A stretch of 52,285 nt of DNA from Fidelibacterota bacterium (lineage in GTDB: Bacteria > Fidelibacterota > Marinisomatia > Marinisomatales > S15-B10). The stretch spans positions 1 to 52,285 of the forward strand of contig JBHIAI010000003.1 of NCBI GenBank assembly GCA_046861655.1, written 5' to 3'. A program made the translations under genes and the position numbers. How positions within the stretch are numbered: position 1 is the first letter of the stretch; each line of letters opens with the position of its first letter. Shown here one piece after another: positions 38,901-49,379 of the stretch. The notes beneath the pieces are model-generated. The model saw only the letters and a list, made by a program, of their open reading frames with translations, made no database searches and had not been told where the DNA came from.

Positions 38901-41900
38901 ATGAAGATCGTTGGGGTAATCTCATTTCTCTCCGGAACTGCTGCCATACTCCTGTTGTCTTGCGGTAAGAAGCCTTCGGCCATCCAGGTGGACACCCTGT
39001 TTACCTTGCTTCCCAGTGATGTCACCCACCTGGAGTTTGAAAACAGGCTCATCGATGAAACGAATTTCAACGTGTTTAAGTATCGCAATTACTACAACGG
39101 CGGAGGCGTGTCTGTTGGCGATGTCAACAATGACCACCTGCCAGATGTGTACATGGTGGCGAACCAGCAGCCCAATAAGCTGTTCCTGAACGAGGGGGGT
39201 TTCCAATTTCGCGACGTGACGACAAAGGCGGGGGTAGCGGGGAGCCATAACTGGTCCACAGGGGCCAACATGGTCGATATTAACGGCGACGGACGGCTGG
39301 ACATTTACGTGTGTAACTCGGGGAATATCATGGGGGACAACCGGGCCAATGAGCTATTCATCAACCAGGGAAACGGTGAGAACGGAGTGCCTGTTTTTTC
39401 CGAAGCTGCCGCCCAGTACGGAATTGACGATCGCGGTTTTTCCACCCATGCCGCGTTCTTCGATTATGACAGGGATGGAGATCTCGATCTGTATGTGATG
39501 AATAACGCTTTCCGGGCCATATCGAGCTTCGATTTATCCATGAATTTGCGGGGTAAGCAGGATCCCTACGGCGGGGACCACCTGTACCGGAACGATGGTG
39601 GGAAATTCACCGATGTGACGAAGGAAGCGGGAATCTACAGCCCTGTGATCGGATTCGGTCTTGGGCTCTCAGTGGCCGACATGGACAATGACCGGTGGCC
39701 CGACATCTATGTGGCCAACGATTTCTTTGAACGTGACTATCTGTACATCAACAACCGAGATGGCACATTCTCAGAGAGGCTGGAAGAAGGGATTCGTCAT
39801 GTGAGCCTTTCCTCCATGGGGACAGACATCGCGGATATCAACAACGATGGCTTCCTGGACATCTTTTCCACAGACATGCTGCCTGAGGATGACTACCGGC
39901 TGAAAACAACGTTCACTTTCGAAACCTATGGGTTTTATGAAAAAAAGATCGATTGGGGGTATTACCACCAACTCTCGCAGAACACTCTCCAGTTGCATAG
40001 GGGCTTTGCGCAGAACGGCCAGATCTCCTTCAGTGACATCGGACTTCTGGCCGGGGTGGCAGAGACCGATTGGACCTGGGGAGCCCTGATTGTGGATCTC
40101 GACAACGACGGTCTGAAAGACATCTTTGTTTCTAACGGAATATTCCGGGATGTAACCGATCAGGACTATCTGGATTATCTCAGACAGACGAAAAACATCG
40201 AACAAATCTTGCGGGGAGACCGGGTCGATTTTCCCGAACTGATACGAAGAATTCCTTCTAACAAGCTGTCCAACTACGCGTTTCACAACCATGGAGATCT
40301 GACCTTTACCAATGAAGCGAAAACATGGGGGCTTCAAACCCCCAGTTTCTCGAATGGAGCGGCGTACGGGGACCTTGACGGGGACGGCGATCATGACCTG
40401 ATCGTCAATAACGTAAACCAACCCGCGTTTGTGTACCGGAACGAAGCTGATTCCCTCACAGACCACCACTTTCTAAAAGTGAAACTGGTGGGCGAGGGGT
40501 TAAATTCCTTCGCTGTCGGAGCGAAGATCACACTCACCTGCGGCGGTCGAAACAGACTGGTGGTGGAGCAAATACCCACGAGAGGGTTTCAGTCCTCTGT
40601 GGATTACACTCTTGTTATGGGTCTGGGGGATTGCGACCAGGTGGACACCGTCACGGTCGATTGGCCGGATGGAACCCGGGGAATCATGGAAAAAGTGCCC
40701 GCAGATCAAACGGTAATCCTGTACCAGAGAGACAGCAAGCCCCCATCGCCAGTGTTGCCTAAAGATGAGGACCCCATTTTTCGTGATGTTACGCATAGTT
40801 TCCCCCTTGATTATCGCCACGTTGAGAACCCCTTTGTGGATTTTCACCGGGAGCCTCTCATTCCTCATCTGTTGTCCACAGAGGGTCCGAGAGTAGCCAA
40901 GGGGGATGTGAACGGCGACCGCCTGGAGGACTTGTATCTCACAGGGGCTAAGGATTCTGCTGGAACATTATTCCTTCAGACCGCCGCTGGCACCTTTATC
41001 CGCTCGGATGAACCCGTATTCGATAGGAACAGGCGTTCCGAAGACGTTGATGCGGCTTTTTTCGATGCCGACGGGGACGGGGACCTGGATCTTTACGTGG
41101 TCAGTGGTGGGAACGAATTCCCCCCCCGGTCGGCCGCTTTCCTCGACCGGTTATACATCAATAACGGACAGGGGGAATTTTCCCAACGGGTGAAAGCCCT
41201 TCCCAGGTTTTACGCCAGCGGTTCCTGCGTTTCCCCAGGTGATTTTGATGGGGATGGGGATATGGATCTGTTTGTGGGAAGCCGTTCTGTTCCCGGGCGG
41301 TACGGCCTGACTCCCGCGAGCACCCTGCTGGAGAATGACGGAGAGGGAAATTTTTCCATCGTAACCCGCCAGGTGGCTCCTCAACTGACCCGTCTAGGTA
41401 TGGTGACCGACGCCCAGTGGGTGGATCTTGATTCCGATGGAAACTTGGACCTCGTGGTCGTCGGGGAATGGATGCCGGTTACCGTATTCCGGAACTCGGG
41501 GGAGTCTCTGTACGAGGTGACCTCACAGGTGGGACTGGAAAAGACCCAGGGATGGTGGAATCGTCTCATCGCGGAAGATCTGAACGGAGATGGAATCGTG
41601 GACTTGGTGGCGGGCAATCTGGGAGAGAATTCCAAATTAAGAGCTTCCCCCTCGGAGCCTGTGACATTGTATGTTTCTGATTTTGACAACAACCGGTTGA
41701 TAGAACAAATCCTGTGTCATTTCAAGATGGGTAAGAATTATCCCATGTTGCTCAGACCGGATATGGTCATGCAACTTCCGTATTTGGGCGCGGAATTTCC
41801 GACTCACGCATCCTACGCGGGCAAAGAGATAACAGACATATTTACTCCGCAACAGTTGAACCAGGCGATGCTGAAAAAAGCCCATACCTTTGCCACTTCC

Positions 41901-42263
41901 GTGTTTATCGGAACGGAACAGGGCACGTTCGTCCATCACCCCCTTCCGGCCGAGGCTCAGTTTTCTCCCGTTTACGCTATCATGGCCAGAGATTTCGATT
42001 CAGATGGATCGAAGGATTTGCTCCTGGCTGGAAACCTCTACGGGATCAAACCCCAGCTGGGGAGGTATGACGCCAGCTACGGCACCCTGTTGAGGGGAGA
42101 TGGCACGGGGAAATTTGACCCGGTCCCTGCGCGACATACGGGACTGTCCGTCACCGGCCAGGTACGGGATATCGTATCTATGAGCCATACGGAAGGAAGA
42201 GATGTCATTCTTTTTGCCAAGAATGACGACCGGATCCAGGTGTATGAGATCGTGCCGAGGTAA
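38901..42263 (+). CDS. VCBS/FG-GAP + ASPIC/UnbV lipoprotein (two repeat arrays)
   Basis: LLLSC lipobox; YYNGGGVSVGDVNND, many DxDxDGxxDL repeats, central PTRGFQSSVD..GLG ASPIC domain, second array ending GRYDASYG. Confidence 0.9.
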   Translation: MKIVGVISFLSGTAAILLLSCGKKPSAIQVDTLFTLLPSDVTHLEFENRLIDETNFNVFKYRNYYNGGGVSVGDVNNDHLPDVYMVANQQPNKLFLNEGGFQFRDVTTKAGVAGSHNWSTGANMVDINGDGRLDIYVCNSGNIMGDNRANELFINQGNGENGVPVFSEAAAQYGIDDRGFSTHAAFFDYDRDGDLDLYVMNNAFRAISSFDLSMNLRGKQDPYGGDHLYRNDGGKFTDVTKEAGIYSPVIGFGLGLSVADMDNDRWPDIYVANDFFERDYLYINNRDGTFSERLEEGIRHVSLSSMGTDIADINNDGFLDIFSTDMLPEDDYRLKTTFTFETYGFYEKKIDWGYYHQLSQNTLQLHRGFAQNGQISFSDIGLLAGVAETDWTWGALIVDLDNDGLKDIFVSNGIFRDVTDQDYLDYLRQTKNIEQILRGDRVDFPELIRRIPSNKLSNYAFHNHGDLTFTNEAKTWGLQTPSFSNGAAYGDLDGDGDHDLIVNNVNQPAFVYRNEADSLTDHHFLKVKLVGEGLNSFAVGAKITLTCGGRNRLVVEQIPTRGFQSSVDYTLVMGLGDCDQVDTVTVDWPDGTRGIMEKVPADQTVILYQRDSKPPSPVLPKDEDPIFRDVTHSFPLDYRHVENPFVDFHREPLIPHLLSTEGPRVAKGDVNGDRLEDLYLTGAKDSAGTLFLQTAAGTFIRSDEPVFDRNRRSEDVDAAFFDADGDGDLDLYVVSGGNEFPPRSAAFLDRLYINNGQGEFSQRVKALPRFYASGSCVSPGDFDGDGDMDLFVGSRSVPGRYGLTPASTLLENDGEGNFSIVTRQVAPQLTRLGMVTDAQWVDLDSDGNLDLVVVGEWMPVTVFRNSGESLYEVTSQVGLEKTQGWWNRLIAEDLNGDGIVDLVAGNLGENSKLRASPSEPVTLYVSDFDNNRLIEQILCHFKMGKNYPMLLRPDMVMQLPYLGAEFPTHASYAGKEITDIFTPQQLNQAMLKKAHTFATSVFIGTEQGTFVHHPLPAEAQFSPVYAIMARDFDSDGSKDLLLAGNLYGIKPQLGRYDASYGTLLRGDGTGKFDPVPARHTGLSVTGQVRDIVSMSHTEGRDVILFAKNDDRIQVYEIVPR

Positions 42264-42272
42264 CCCTGATCG

Positions 42273-45200
42273 ATGAACGGTGGCCGCAGGCTCGTTTTGG
42301 TGCTGGCCCTCTTCCTTTTGGGAGGCTGTCTAAGAAAGCCGGCGATGGATGCCGGGACCGTCACGGAAATGATCAGGCATCGAAACCTCGGCCTGGCCTA
42401 TCTGGAAGAGGGAAACCTTCAACAGGCGAAGAGAGAATTTCAAGAATTGGTCGAAATCGCGCCCCGGGAACCCCTGGGGTACGCCAATCTTGGTCTGACC
42501 CATTTACGGATGACGGGAGAACTCCAACAGGCAGAAACCTGGCTTAAGAAAGCATTGAAGCTGGAGCCGGATCATCCCGATATACGCCTCCTGCTGGCAA
42601 AAGTGTACGAGTTACGTCATCGGAAAGATCTGGCTGTTCGTACCTTAGAAAATTCCCTGAAGAGACACAGCGATCACGTGCGCACCCTGCATCAGTTGGC
42701 AGAGTACTTGATAACCTCTCCCGATCCGGGGCTTCTCGAGAAGGCGGAGGGTTTTCTGGTGAAGGTGGTAAACGCCCTGCCGGCCAATGTTGCAGCCCGG
42801 CTTCAGCTGGCGGAAGTGTTCATGGGAAACGGGAAGCTGGATCAGGCTGTGGGGCAGATGGTGGTCATTCGACAGATTCTGCCGGAACTGCCCGAAGGAT
42901 CACGGGACCTATTTGAGAGAAGCCTGACTGCCATGAATCAGGGAAACATCAACGACGCCATGGCCGGCATCCGGATGTTCCAGAATGTGTTGCAATCAAC
43001 GTCCGTCTACCGGGCAGCGGTCGATCAGTTGAAGGGAATTGGGGGAGAAATCACCGGGGTACCCATCCGGCGTTTCGTTCAGCCGCTCCCTCTGCAGGTT
43101 CGGCGGCCGTCCGGAATTCCTGTGACGGTCAAGTTCATGGACGTGACGGATAGAACCGGCCTGGGGATGACCGGGGACAGGGGATTTCCCTCCGAGGATG
43201 ATCTGCCCGGGACTGTACTGGCCGCAGGCGATTACGACGGGGATGGGGACCCGGATCTTTTTGTGTCGCGGTGGCGGTCTGATGAACAAACCAGCAGACA
43301 GTATTTGTATACCAACGACAAGGGTTTTTTTGAAGATAAAGCGGGTGAGGCCGGGATCGCCCACGGGGGCAGGGACGTCCATGGGGTGTTCGCAGATGTC
43401 AACAATGATGGCCATATCGATCTATTTGTCACGAATTCGTCCACCAATAAACTCTACCTTAACTCCGGCCAAGGGGCGTTTGAGGACGCTACGGCCTCTT
43501 CAGGAATCCAGACCGTTTCCGGGGAAAGAATGGCGCTTTTTATCGACCTGGACCATGAGGGGGACCTCGATTTGTTTATCGCCGGCCGGGGTCAAAACCG
43601 ATTGTACCGGAACAATTCCGATAAGACGTTCAGCGAGATTGGCGAAGAGGCGGGCGTCCGCTCAGAGAGGGCTCTGGCCCACGGCCGGGATGCCGTCATC
43701 GGGGATTTCGACGATGATGGTGACATGGATCTGTTTGTGATCAGCGAAGAGGGCAACAACCAATACTACGACAACCTGCGGCAAGGGTATTTCCGGGACA
43801 TCCTCCAACATACCGGCCTGGCCAGCAGGGGCAGCCCCGGAGCTGTAACGGCGGGGGACTACAATAACGATGGGTACCTGGATCTGTTTGTTGCCGATTT
43901 AGAGGGTCAGCATCATTCCCTCTTCCGCAACCTGGGGGACGGCACGTTTGACCGGGACAGCCGGTCAGACTCCACGTTTGAACATTTGACCGGCGTCCGT
44001 GGTCTCGATGCCGTGTTCCTGGACGCCGACAACGACGGGTTTCAAGACCTTCTGATAGCCGGGACACCACAGGATACCGCCCAAACGCAACGGGGACTGT
44101 GGCTGTTTCATAACACCGGAGAGGGACGATACGTTGATGCTTCTTCCCTGTTGCCCGGGGATATGGACCCGGCCACCCAGGTGGAGACGGTGGATTACGA
44201 CGGTGACGGGGACCTGGATATTTTACTGGTGGATCTCAACGGTTCCGTTCGCCTGTTGAGGAACGATGGTGGAAATGTGAATAACTACTTGGCGATCCGT
44301 CTGGCGGGGCTTCGGTCTGGCGGTAGCAGGAATAATTATTTCGGCATTGGTGCTAAGGTGGAAGTAAAGGCTGGTACCCTGTATCAGATGCGGGTAATGA
44401 CCGAGCCTGTTGCCCTTTTTGGCCTCGGCGATCGCGATGGCGCCGATGTAGTCCGTGTGGTGTGGAGCAATGGAGTTCCTCAGAATCGGTTCAATCCCGA
44501 ACGAAATCAAACCATTCTAGAAACCCAGGTCCTGAAAGGGTCGTGTCCCTGGCTGTATGCCTGGAATGGTGACCACTACGAATTCGTTACCGACGTGCTG
44601 TGGGCCAGCGCTCTCGGTATGCCTCTGGGAATCATGGCAGGAGAACGAATCTACGCTTTCGCTAATTCTGCCCGGGAGTACTTCAAGATCCCGGGTGAGA
44701 AGCTGAAGCTGAAAGACGGGACCTATTCTCTTCAGTTCACAACGGAGCTGTGGGAAACCCCCTATCTGGACCAGGTGAAGCTACTGGTCATTGATCATCG
44801 GAAAAGTGTGGACGTCTTTGTCGATGAGACGTTTACTTTGCCGCCCTTTCCTCCTCTGCACATTTATGGTGTAAACCACAAACACCTGCCGGTCTCAGCC
44901 CACGACGGCTTCGGGAATGACGTTCTTGAGAAGATTTCCCAAAGGGATACCGATTATGTGTCAAATCTGATTCCGGCACTGCATCAGGGAGTCACGGAAC
45001 CCCACGATCTCATCCTTGATCTGGGGGAGGTGTCCCATGCCGATTCCATTTTTCTCTTCCTTCAAGGGTGGGTATTCCCTACCGACGCCAGCATCAACGT
45101 GAATATGGCACAATCGGGTGTTATCGGATCCGTTCCTCCTTCGCTTCAGGTTATCGATGAGCAGGGTAACTGGAAAACGGTGATTGAGAATCTGGGTTTT

Positions 45201-45872
45201 CCTAAAGGGAAAAAGAAGACCATGGTGGTAGATCTAACGGGGAAATTTCTCGATCCCCAGGGCCGGGACTCCCGCATTCGAATTCGTACCAGTATGCAGA
45301 TTTTCTGGGACCACATCTTCTATGCCACCGGATCCCTTCAACTTGACCCGGGGCAAAGTTCCGTGATCACTCTGAACCCCGGGGCTGCCCATCTTCACTA
45401 CCGGGGATTCTCAGAGGTGAACAGGGAAAGTCCGTACAGTCCGCACATCCCGAATTACCAGATCGTCACAACGGAACCCAAATGGAGGGACCTGACCGGT
45501 TTCTACACAAGGTTCGGTGACGTTCTTCCGCTCCTCCTGGATTCGGACGGCAAGTACGTTGTGATGAACGCTGGCGATGAGCTTACACTGGAATTCGACG
45601 CCACCGGGCTCCCCGATCCTCCAGCGGGCTGGACAAGAGACTTTCTGTTCTACAACGATGGATGGTTGAAGGATGGCGATCTCAACACCGCCTACGGGCA
45701 GACGGTCAACCCCTTACCATTTCACGGTATGAGCGCGTATCCCTACGGACCAGACGAATCATTTCCCCGGGATGAAGAGCACGCATCTTATCTTCAAACC
45801 TATAACACCAGGGAGATAACCACCTGGGGATTCAAACGATCCCTCCTGACGTTTCAGCGAGGTGATCAGTGA
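42273..45872 (+). CDS. TPR + FG-GAP + ASPIC/UnbV lipoprotein with large unknown C-terminal domain
   Basis: LLGGC lipobox; N-terminal TPRs (NLGLAYLEEG, YANLGL); DYDGDGDPDLF repeats; NYFGIGAKVEV..FGLG..VWSNG; then KGSCPWLYAWNG.. extension. Confidence 0.85.
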   Translation: MNGGRRLVLVLALFLLGGCLRKPAMDAGTVTEMIRHRNLGLAYLEEGNLQQAKREFQELVEIAPREPLGYANLGLTHLRMTGELQQAETWLKKALKLEPDHPDIRLLLAKVYELRHRKDLAVRTLENSLKRHSDHVRTLHQLAEYLITSPDPGLLEKAEGFLVKVVNALPANVAARLQLAEVFMGNGKLDQAVGQMVVIRQILPELPEGSRDLFERSLTAMNQGNINDAMAGIRMFQNVLQSTSVYRAAVDQLKGIGGEITGVPIRRFVQPLPLQVRRPSGIPVTVKFMDVTDRTGLGMTGDRGFPSEDDLPGTVLAAGDYDGDGDPDLFVSRWRSDEQTSRQYLYTNDKGFFEDKAGEAGIAHGGRDVHGVFADVNNDGHIDLFVTNSSTNKLYLNSGQGAFEDATASSGIQTVSGERMALFIDLDHEGDLDLFIAGRGQNRLYRNNSDKTFSEIGEEAGVRSERALAHGRDAVIGDFDDDGDMDLFVISEEGNNQYYDNLRQGYFRDILQHTGLASRGSPGAVTAGDYNNDGYLDLFVADLEGQHHSLFRNLGDGTFDRDSRSDSTFEHLTGVRGLDAVFLDADNDGFQDLLIAGTPQDTAQTQRGLWLFHNTGEGRYVDASSLLPGDMDPATQVETVDYDGDGDLDILLVDLNGSVRLLRNDGGNVNNYLAIRLAGLRSGGSRNNYFGIGAKVEVKAGTLYQMRVMTEPVALFGLGDRDGADVVRVVWSNGVPQNRFNPERNQTILETQVLKGSCPWLYAWNGDHYEFVTDVLWASALGMPLGIMAGERIYAFANSAREYFKIPGEKLKLKDGTYSLQFTTELWETPYLDQVKLLVIDHRKSVDVFVDETFTLPPFPPLHIYGVNHKHLPVSAHDGFGNDVLEKISQRDTDYVSNLIPALHQGVTEPHDLILDLGEVSHADSIFLFLQGWVFPTDASINVNMAQSGVIGSVPPSLQVIDEQGNWKTVIENLGFPKGKKKTMVVDLTGKFLDPQGRDSRIRIRTSMQIFWDHIFYATGSLQLDPGQSSVITLNPGAAHLHYRGFSEVNRESPYSPHIPNYQIVTTEPKWRDLTGFYTRFGDVLPLLLDSDGKYVVMNAGDELTLEFDATGLPDPPAGWTRDFLFYNDGWLKDGDLNTAYGQTVNPLPFHGMSAYPYGPDESFPRDEEHASYLQTYNTREITTWGFKRSLLTFQRGDQ

Positions 45873-45932
45873 GACACTGCGGTACCCCAGGTAAACTCCA
45901 AATCACAAGCACCGAGTAACAAACAATTAACC

Positions 45933-48900
45933 ATGACCCATGGTCCCAATACCACACCCATCCTGCTGGGTTTCTTTCTTGTTTTTTATTCGTGTCAACA
46001 AGAGCCTTCTCAACCCTTATTCAAGAAGCTTACCCCTCGCCAAACCCACATCACTTTTGAGAACGCCCTTGAAGAAGATTCTCTGTTCAACATGGTTAAT
46101 TATCTCTACTTTTATGATGGTGGAGGGGTGGCTGTTGGTGATGTAAATAACGATGGTCTTTCCGACATCTATTTCACCGCCAACATGTTGCCCAACCGCC
46201 TTTACCTGAACAAAGGGGAATTCCAATTTGAGGATGTTACCGAGACCGCAGGTGTCCAGGGAAATCCGGGAGAGTGGACCACAGGCACCACCATGGCCGA
46301 TGTGAACGGCGACGGGCTGTTGGATATATACGTGTGCGTGGTGAATTATTTGAATAGAAAGGGCATCAACCACCTTTTCATAAACAACGGAGATTTGACT
46401 TTCACGGACCGGGCGGCAGAGTTTGGGCTGGATCACAAGGGTCTCTCCAGACAGGCAGCTTTTTTTGATGCCGACCTGGATGGCGATCTTGACATGTACC
46501 TGCTCAATCACTCGGTTCATTCGAAGCAAACCTTCGGGGATACCAGCCTGAGGAAGATCAGGGACTACGAGGTGGGGGACAAATTCTACCGGCAGGACGA
46601 CGGCCGGTTTACCGATGTTACCCTGGAAGCGGGGATCTATGAAAGCATCCTGGGGTACGGTCTGGGTGTGGCGGTGGGAGACATCAACTGGGACGGGTAC
46701 CCGGACATCTATATCTCCAACGACTTCCATGAAAACGATTACCTGTACTATAACAATAAGGACGGGACATTCACTGAACAGTTAACCCGGTCCACAGGTC
46801 ACGTCAGCAGTGCCTCCATGGGAAACGACCTGGCAGATTTCAACAATGATGGTCTCCTCGATATCGTGGTGGTGGATATGTTCCCGGAGAAAGAGACAGT
46901 GCGAAAATCGTCGGTGAGCGCCGATTCCTATGATATTTACGACACCAAGATTCGGTACGGGTACACCCACCAGGTTCGCAGGAACACCCTTCAACTGAAC
47001 AGAGGCCCCGGGGGCCAGATAAGAGCGTCTTCTTCGCCAACCTCTGTCCATCTTTTCAGCGAAATTGGGCAACTGGCGGGGGTTCATGCCACAGACTGGA
47101 GTTGGGCATCCCTGTTTGTGGATCTGGATAACGACGGGTACAAGGATCTGTTCGTCACCAATGGGATATTTCGCAGGCCGAACGACCTGGATTTCCTGAC
47201 ATACATCAAACGTAGCGACGTGCAGGTGCGGCTCGGTGCGCGAAGGCCCGGGGCCCTTCCCACGGTCATTGAGCGGGACCTCCTTGATGAACTCCTCAAG
47301 CGCATGCCAACCGTTGCCGAGGCCAACTATGCCTTTCATTCCCAGGGCGATCTGACCTTCATCAACCGTGCCGGTGAATGGGGACTTGGGGATCCCGGTT
47401 TTTCCAGCGGAGCTGCCTTTGCCGATTTTGATAATGACGGTGCCATGGACTTGGTGGTGAATAACGTGAACGCCCCATCTGCTGTTTACAGGAACCTTCT
47501 GTATTCTGGTCCCGGAGAATCACGCCGGGGAGGGAACTACTTGAAGGTAACTCTTAAGGGTGGCGGGAAGAATACCTTTGGTACTGGCACCAAAATCACT
47601 CTGTACCACGCTGACAGGATGTTCTTTCAGGAGCAGATGCCGACCAGGGGATTCCAGTCATCGGTAGAACCTGTTCTAAACTTCGGATTGGGGGATATTG
47701 ACCGGATCGATTCGTTAGAAGTTATCTGGCCAACCGGGGAAACCCAGGTGCTGAAAAACCTGGCGGTGAATCGAACGGTGGAACTGAAATGGACGGACGC
47801 CAAACCCGATCATCCCAGCCGGTTCCAGGATTATGAGGAGCCTTTATTCCGTGAGGTAACAGACGAGGTGTCCCTGGACTATACCCACCAGGAAAACACC
47901 TTTATCGAATACAACCGGGAACCTCTGATTCCCCACTTTCTATCGACGGCAGGCCCCGCCCTGGCTGTTGCCGATGTCAACGGCGACGGGTTGAAAGACT
48001 TGTTTCTCGGGGGGGCAAAGCATCAACCAGGGGTTCTGTTTTACCAAGAGGGTCCCGGAAGGTTTCACAAGGAGATCGATTCCCTGTTCATTAGGGAAAG
48101 CCGGGGCGAAGACGTGGATGCGACCTTTTTTGATGCGAACGGGGATGGCTTCGTAGACCTCTATGTTGTGAGGGGGGGCAACGAGTTCTGGGGCAAGATG
48201 GGGCCCTTAAGAGACAGGCTCTACATGAATGATGGGCGTGGTCAGCTCCGCCGGGCGAAGGACGCTCTTCCCGAAATCCATGCCAACGGTGCGTGTGTTG
48301 AACCTGTGGATGTGGACAACGATGGCGATGTGGACCTGTTTGTGGGCAGCCGGTCGGTCCCGTGGAACTATGGCGTTATCCCTCAGAGTTATCTTCTTAT
48401 CAATGACGGTGAAGGAAAATTCACCGATGAGACCTCGATCCATGCCCCTGAGCTCTCCCGTGTCGGTATGGTTACCGACGCGGTGTGGGTGGATCTCAAC
48501 AACGACTCCTACCACGATCTGGTAGTAGTGGGCGAGTGGATGCCGGTGACGGTGTTTCATAATGAGAACGGACGTCTGGTCAATGTTACGGACAGGTATG
48601 AACTCCAGAACACTACGGGCTGGTGGAACGCCGTGGCCGAGGCGGATCTGAACGACGACGGATATCCAGACCTGGTGATCGGAAACCTGGGATTAAACTC
48701 TGTACTGAAAGCCTCCGGCGATAGACCGGTACAGATGTTCCTTGGCCATTTCTCAGAAGACGACAGGCTGGATCAAATACTCGCGTATTACAACGGCGAT
48801 GAGGTGTATCCTCTGGCGTCCCGTGATCAGATGATTCTGGCGGTCCCTTTTCTGGAGAAGAAATACCCGACGTACCGGGACTACGCGGGCGAGCCTGTTA

Positions 48901-49379
48901 AGGACATTCTTCCCAGGGAAGAATTGCGTTCCGCCACCGTTCGAAGAGCGACCCAGTTCGCATCCATTCTGCTCTTGAATAAGGGAGACACCGGCTCCGG
49001 AGAAGCCGGAGGCTTTCGTACGGAAGAACTGCCCGTAGAGGCACAGTTTTCTCCCGTACATGCCATACTCATCGATGACTTCAACACGGACGGCCACTCA
49101 GACATCCTTCTGGGAGGAAATTTCTACAACGTGCCTCCCGACCAGGGAAGATACGACGCGAGTTATGGGTGTTTACTTCTTGGAGACGGTAAGGGATCCT
49201 TCCATCCGGCGCCTCTTCAAGAGAGCGGATTTGTGGTCACGGGACAGGTTCGGCACATGAAATCTTTCCGGTCCGGGTCTGGAGAAACTCTCATAGTGGT
49301 AGCTCGGAACGATGATTCCGCGGTGGTATTCAGGCAAACAGCAAGGAGCAAGAACCGTGAAATTGCACACACCCAGTAG
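45933..49379 (+). CDS. VCBS/FG-GAP + ASPIC/UnbV lipoprotein, paralog of 38901-42263
   Basis: FYSC lipobox; YFYDGGGVAVGDVNNDG, PTRGFQSSVE..FGLG, GMVTDAVWVD, GWWN, EAQFSPV, GRYDASYG shared with the upstream paralog. Confidence 0.9.
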   Translation: MTHGPNTTPILLGFFLVFYSCQQEPSQPLFKKLTPRQTHITFENALEEDSLFNMVNYLYFYDGGGVAVGDVNNDGLSDIYFTANMLPNRLYLNKGEFQFEDVTETAGVQGNPGEWTTGTTMADVNGDGLLDIYVCVVNYLNRKGINHLFINNGDLTFTDRAAEFGLDHKGLSRQAAFFDADLDGDLDMYLLNHSVHSKQTFGDTSLRKIRDYEVGDKFYRQDDGRFTDVTLEAGIYESILGYGLGVAVGDINWDGYPDIYISNDFHENDYLYYNNKDGTFTEQLTRSTGHVSSASMGNDLADFNNDGLLDIVVVDMFPEKETVRKSSVSADSYDIYDTKIRYGYTHQVRRNTLQLNRGPGGQIRASSSPTSVHLFSEIGQLAGVHATDWSWASLFVDLDNDGYKDLFVTNGIFRRPNDLDFLTYIKRSDVQVRLGARRPGALPTVIERDLLDELLKRMPTVAEANYAFHSQGDLTFINRAGEWGLGDPGFSSGAAFADFDNDGAMDLVVNNVNAPSAVYRNLLYSGPGESRRGGNYLKVTLKGGGKNTFGTGTKITLYHADRMFFQEQMPTRGFQSSVEPVLNFGLGDIDRIDSLEVIWPTGETQVLKNLAVNRTVELKWTDAKPDHPSRFQDYEEPLFREVTDEVSLDYTHQENTFIEYNREPLIPHFLSTAGPALAVADVNGDGLKDLFLGGAKHQPGVLFYQEGPGRFHKEIDSLFIRESRGEDVDATFFDANGDGFVDLYVVRGGNEFWGKMGPLRDRLYMNDGRGQLRRAKDALPEIHANGACVEPVDVDNDGDVDLFVGSRSVPWNYGVIPQSYLLINDGEGKFTDETSIHAPELSRVGMVTDAVWVDLNNDSYHDLVVVGEWMPVTVFHNENGRLVNVTDRYELQNTTGWWNAVAEADLNDDGYPDLVIGNLGLNSVLKASGDRPVQMFLGHFSEDDRLDQILAYYNGDEVYPLASRDQMILAVPFLEKKYPTYRDYAGEPVKDILPREELRSATVRRATQFASILLLNKGDTGSGEAGGFRTEELPVEAQFSPVHAILIDDFNTDGHSDILLGGNFYNVPPDQGRYDASYGCLLLGDGKGSFHPAPLQESGFVVTGQVRHMKSFRSGSGETLIVVARNDDSAVVFRQTARSKNREIAHTQ

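Noticed and set aside
27361..49379. Recurrent GAC/GAT-rich nucleotide repeats as a possible CRISPR or tandem array
   Set aside because: They encode the DxDxDG Ca-binding loops of FG-GAP repeats; there are no identical repeats with unique spacers and no cas genes.
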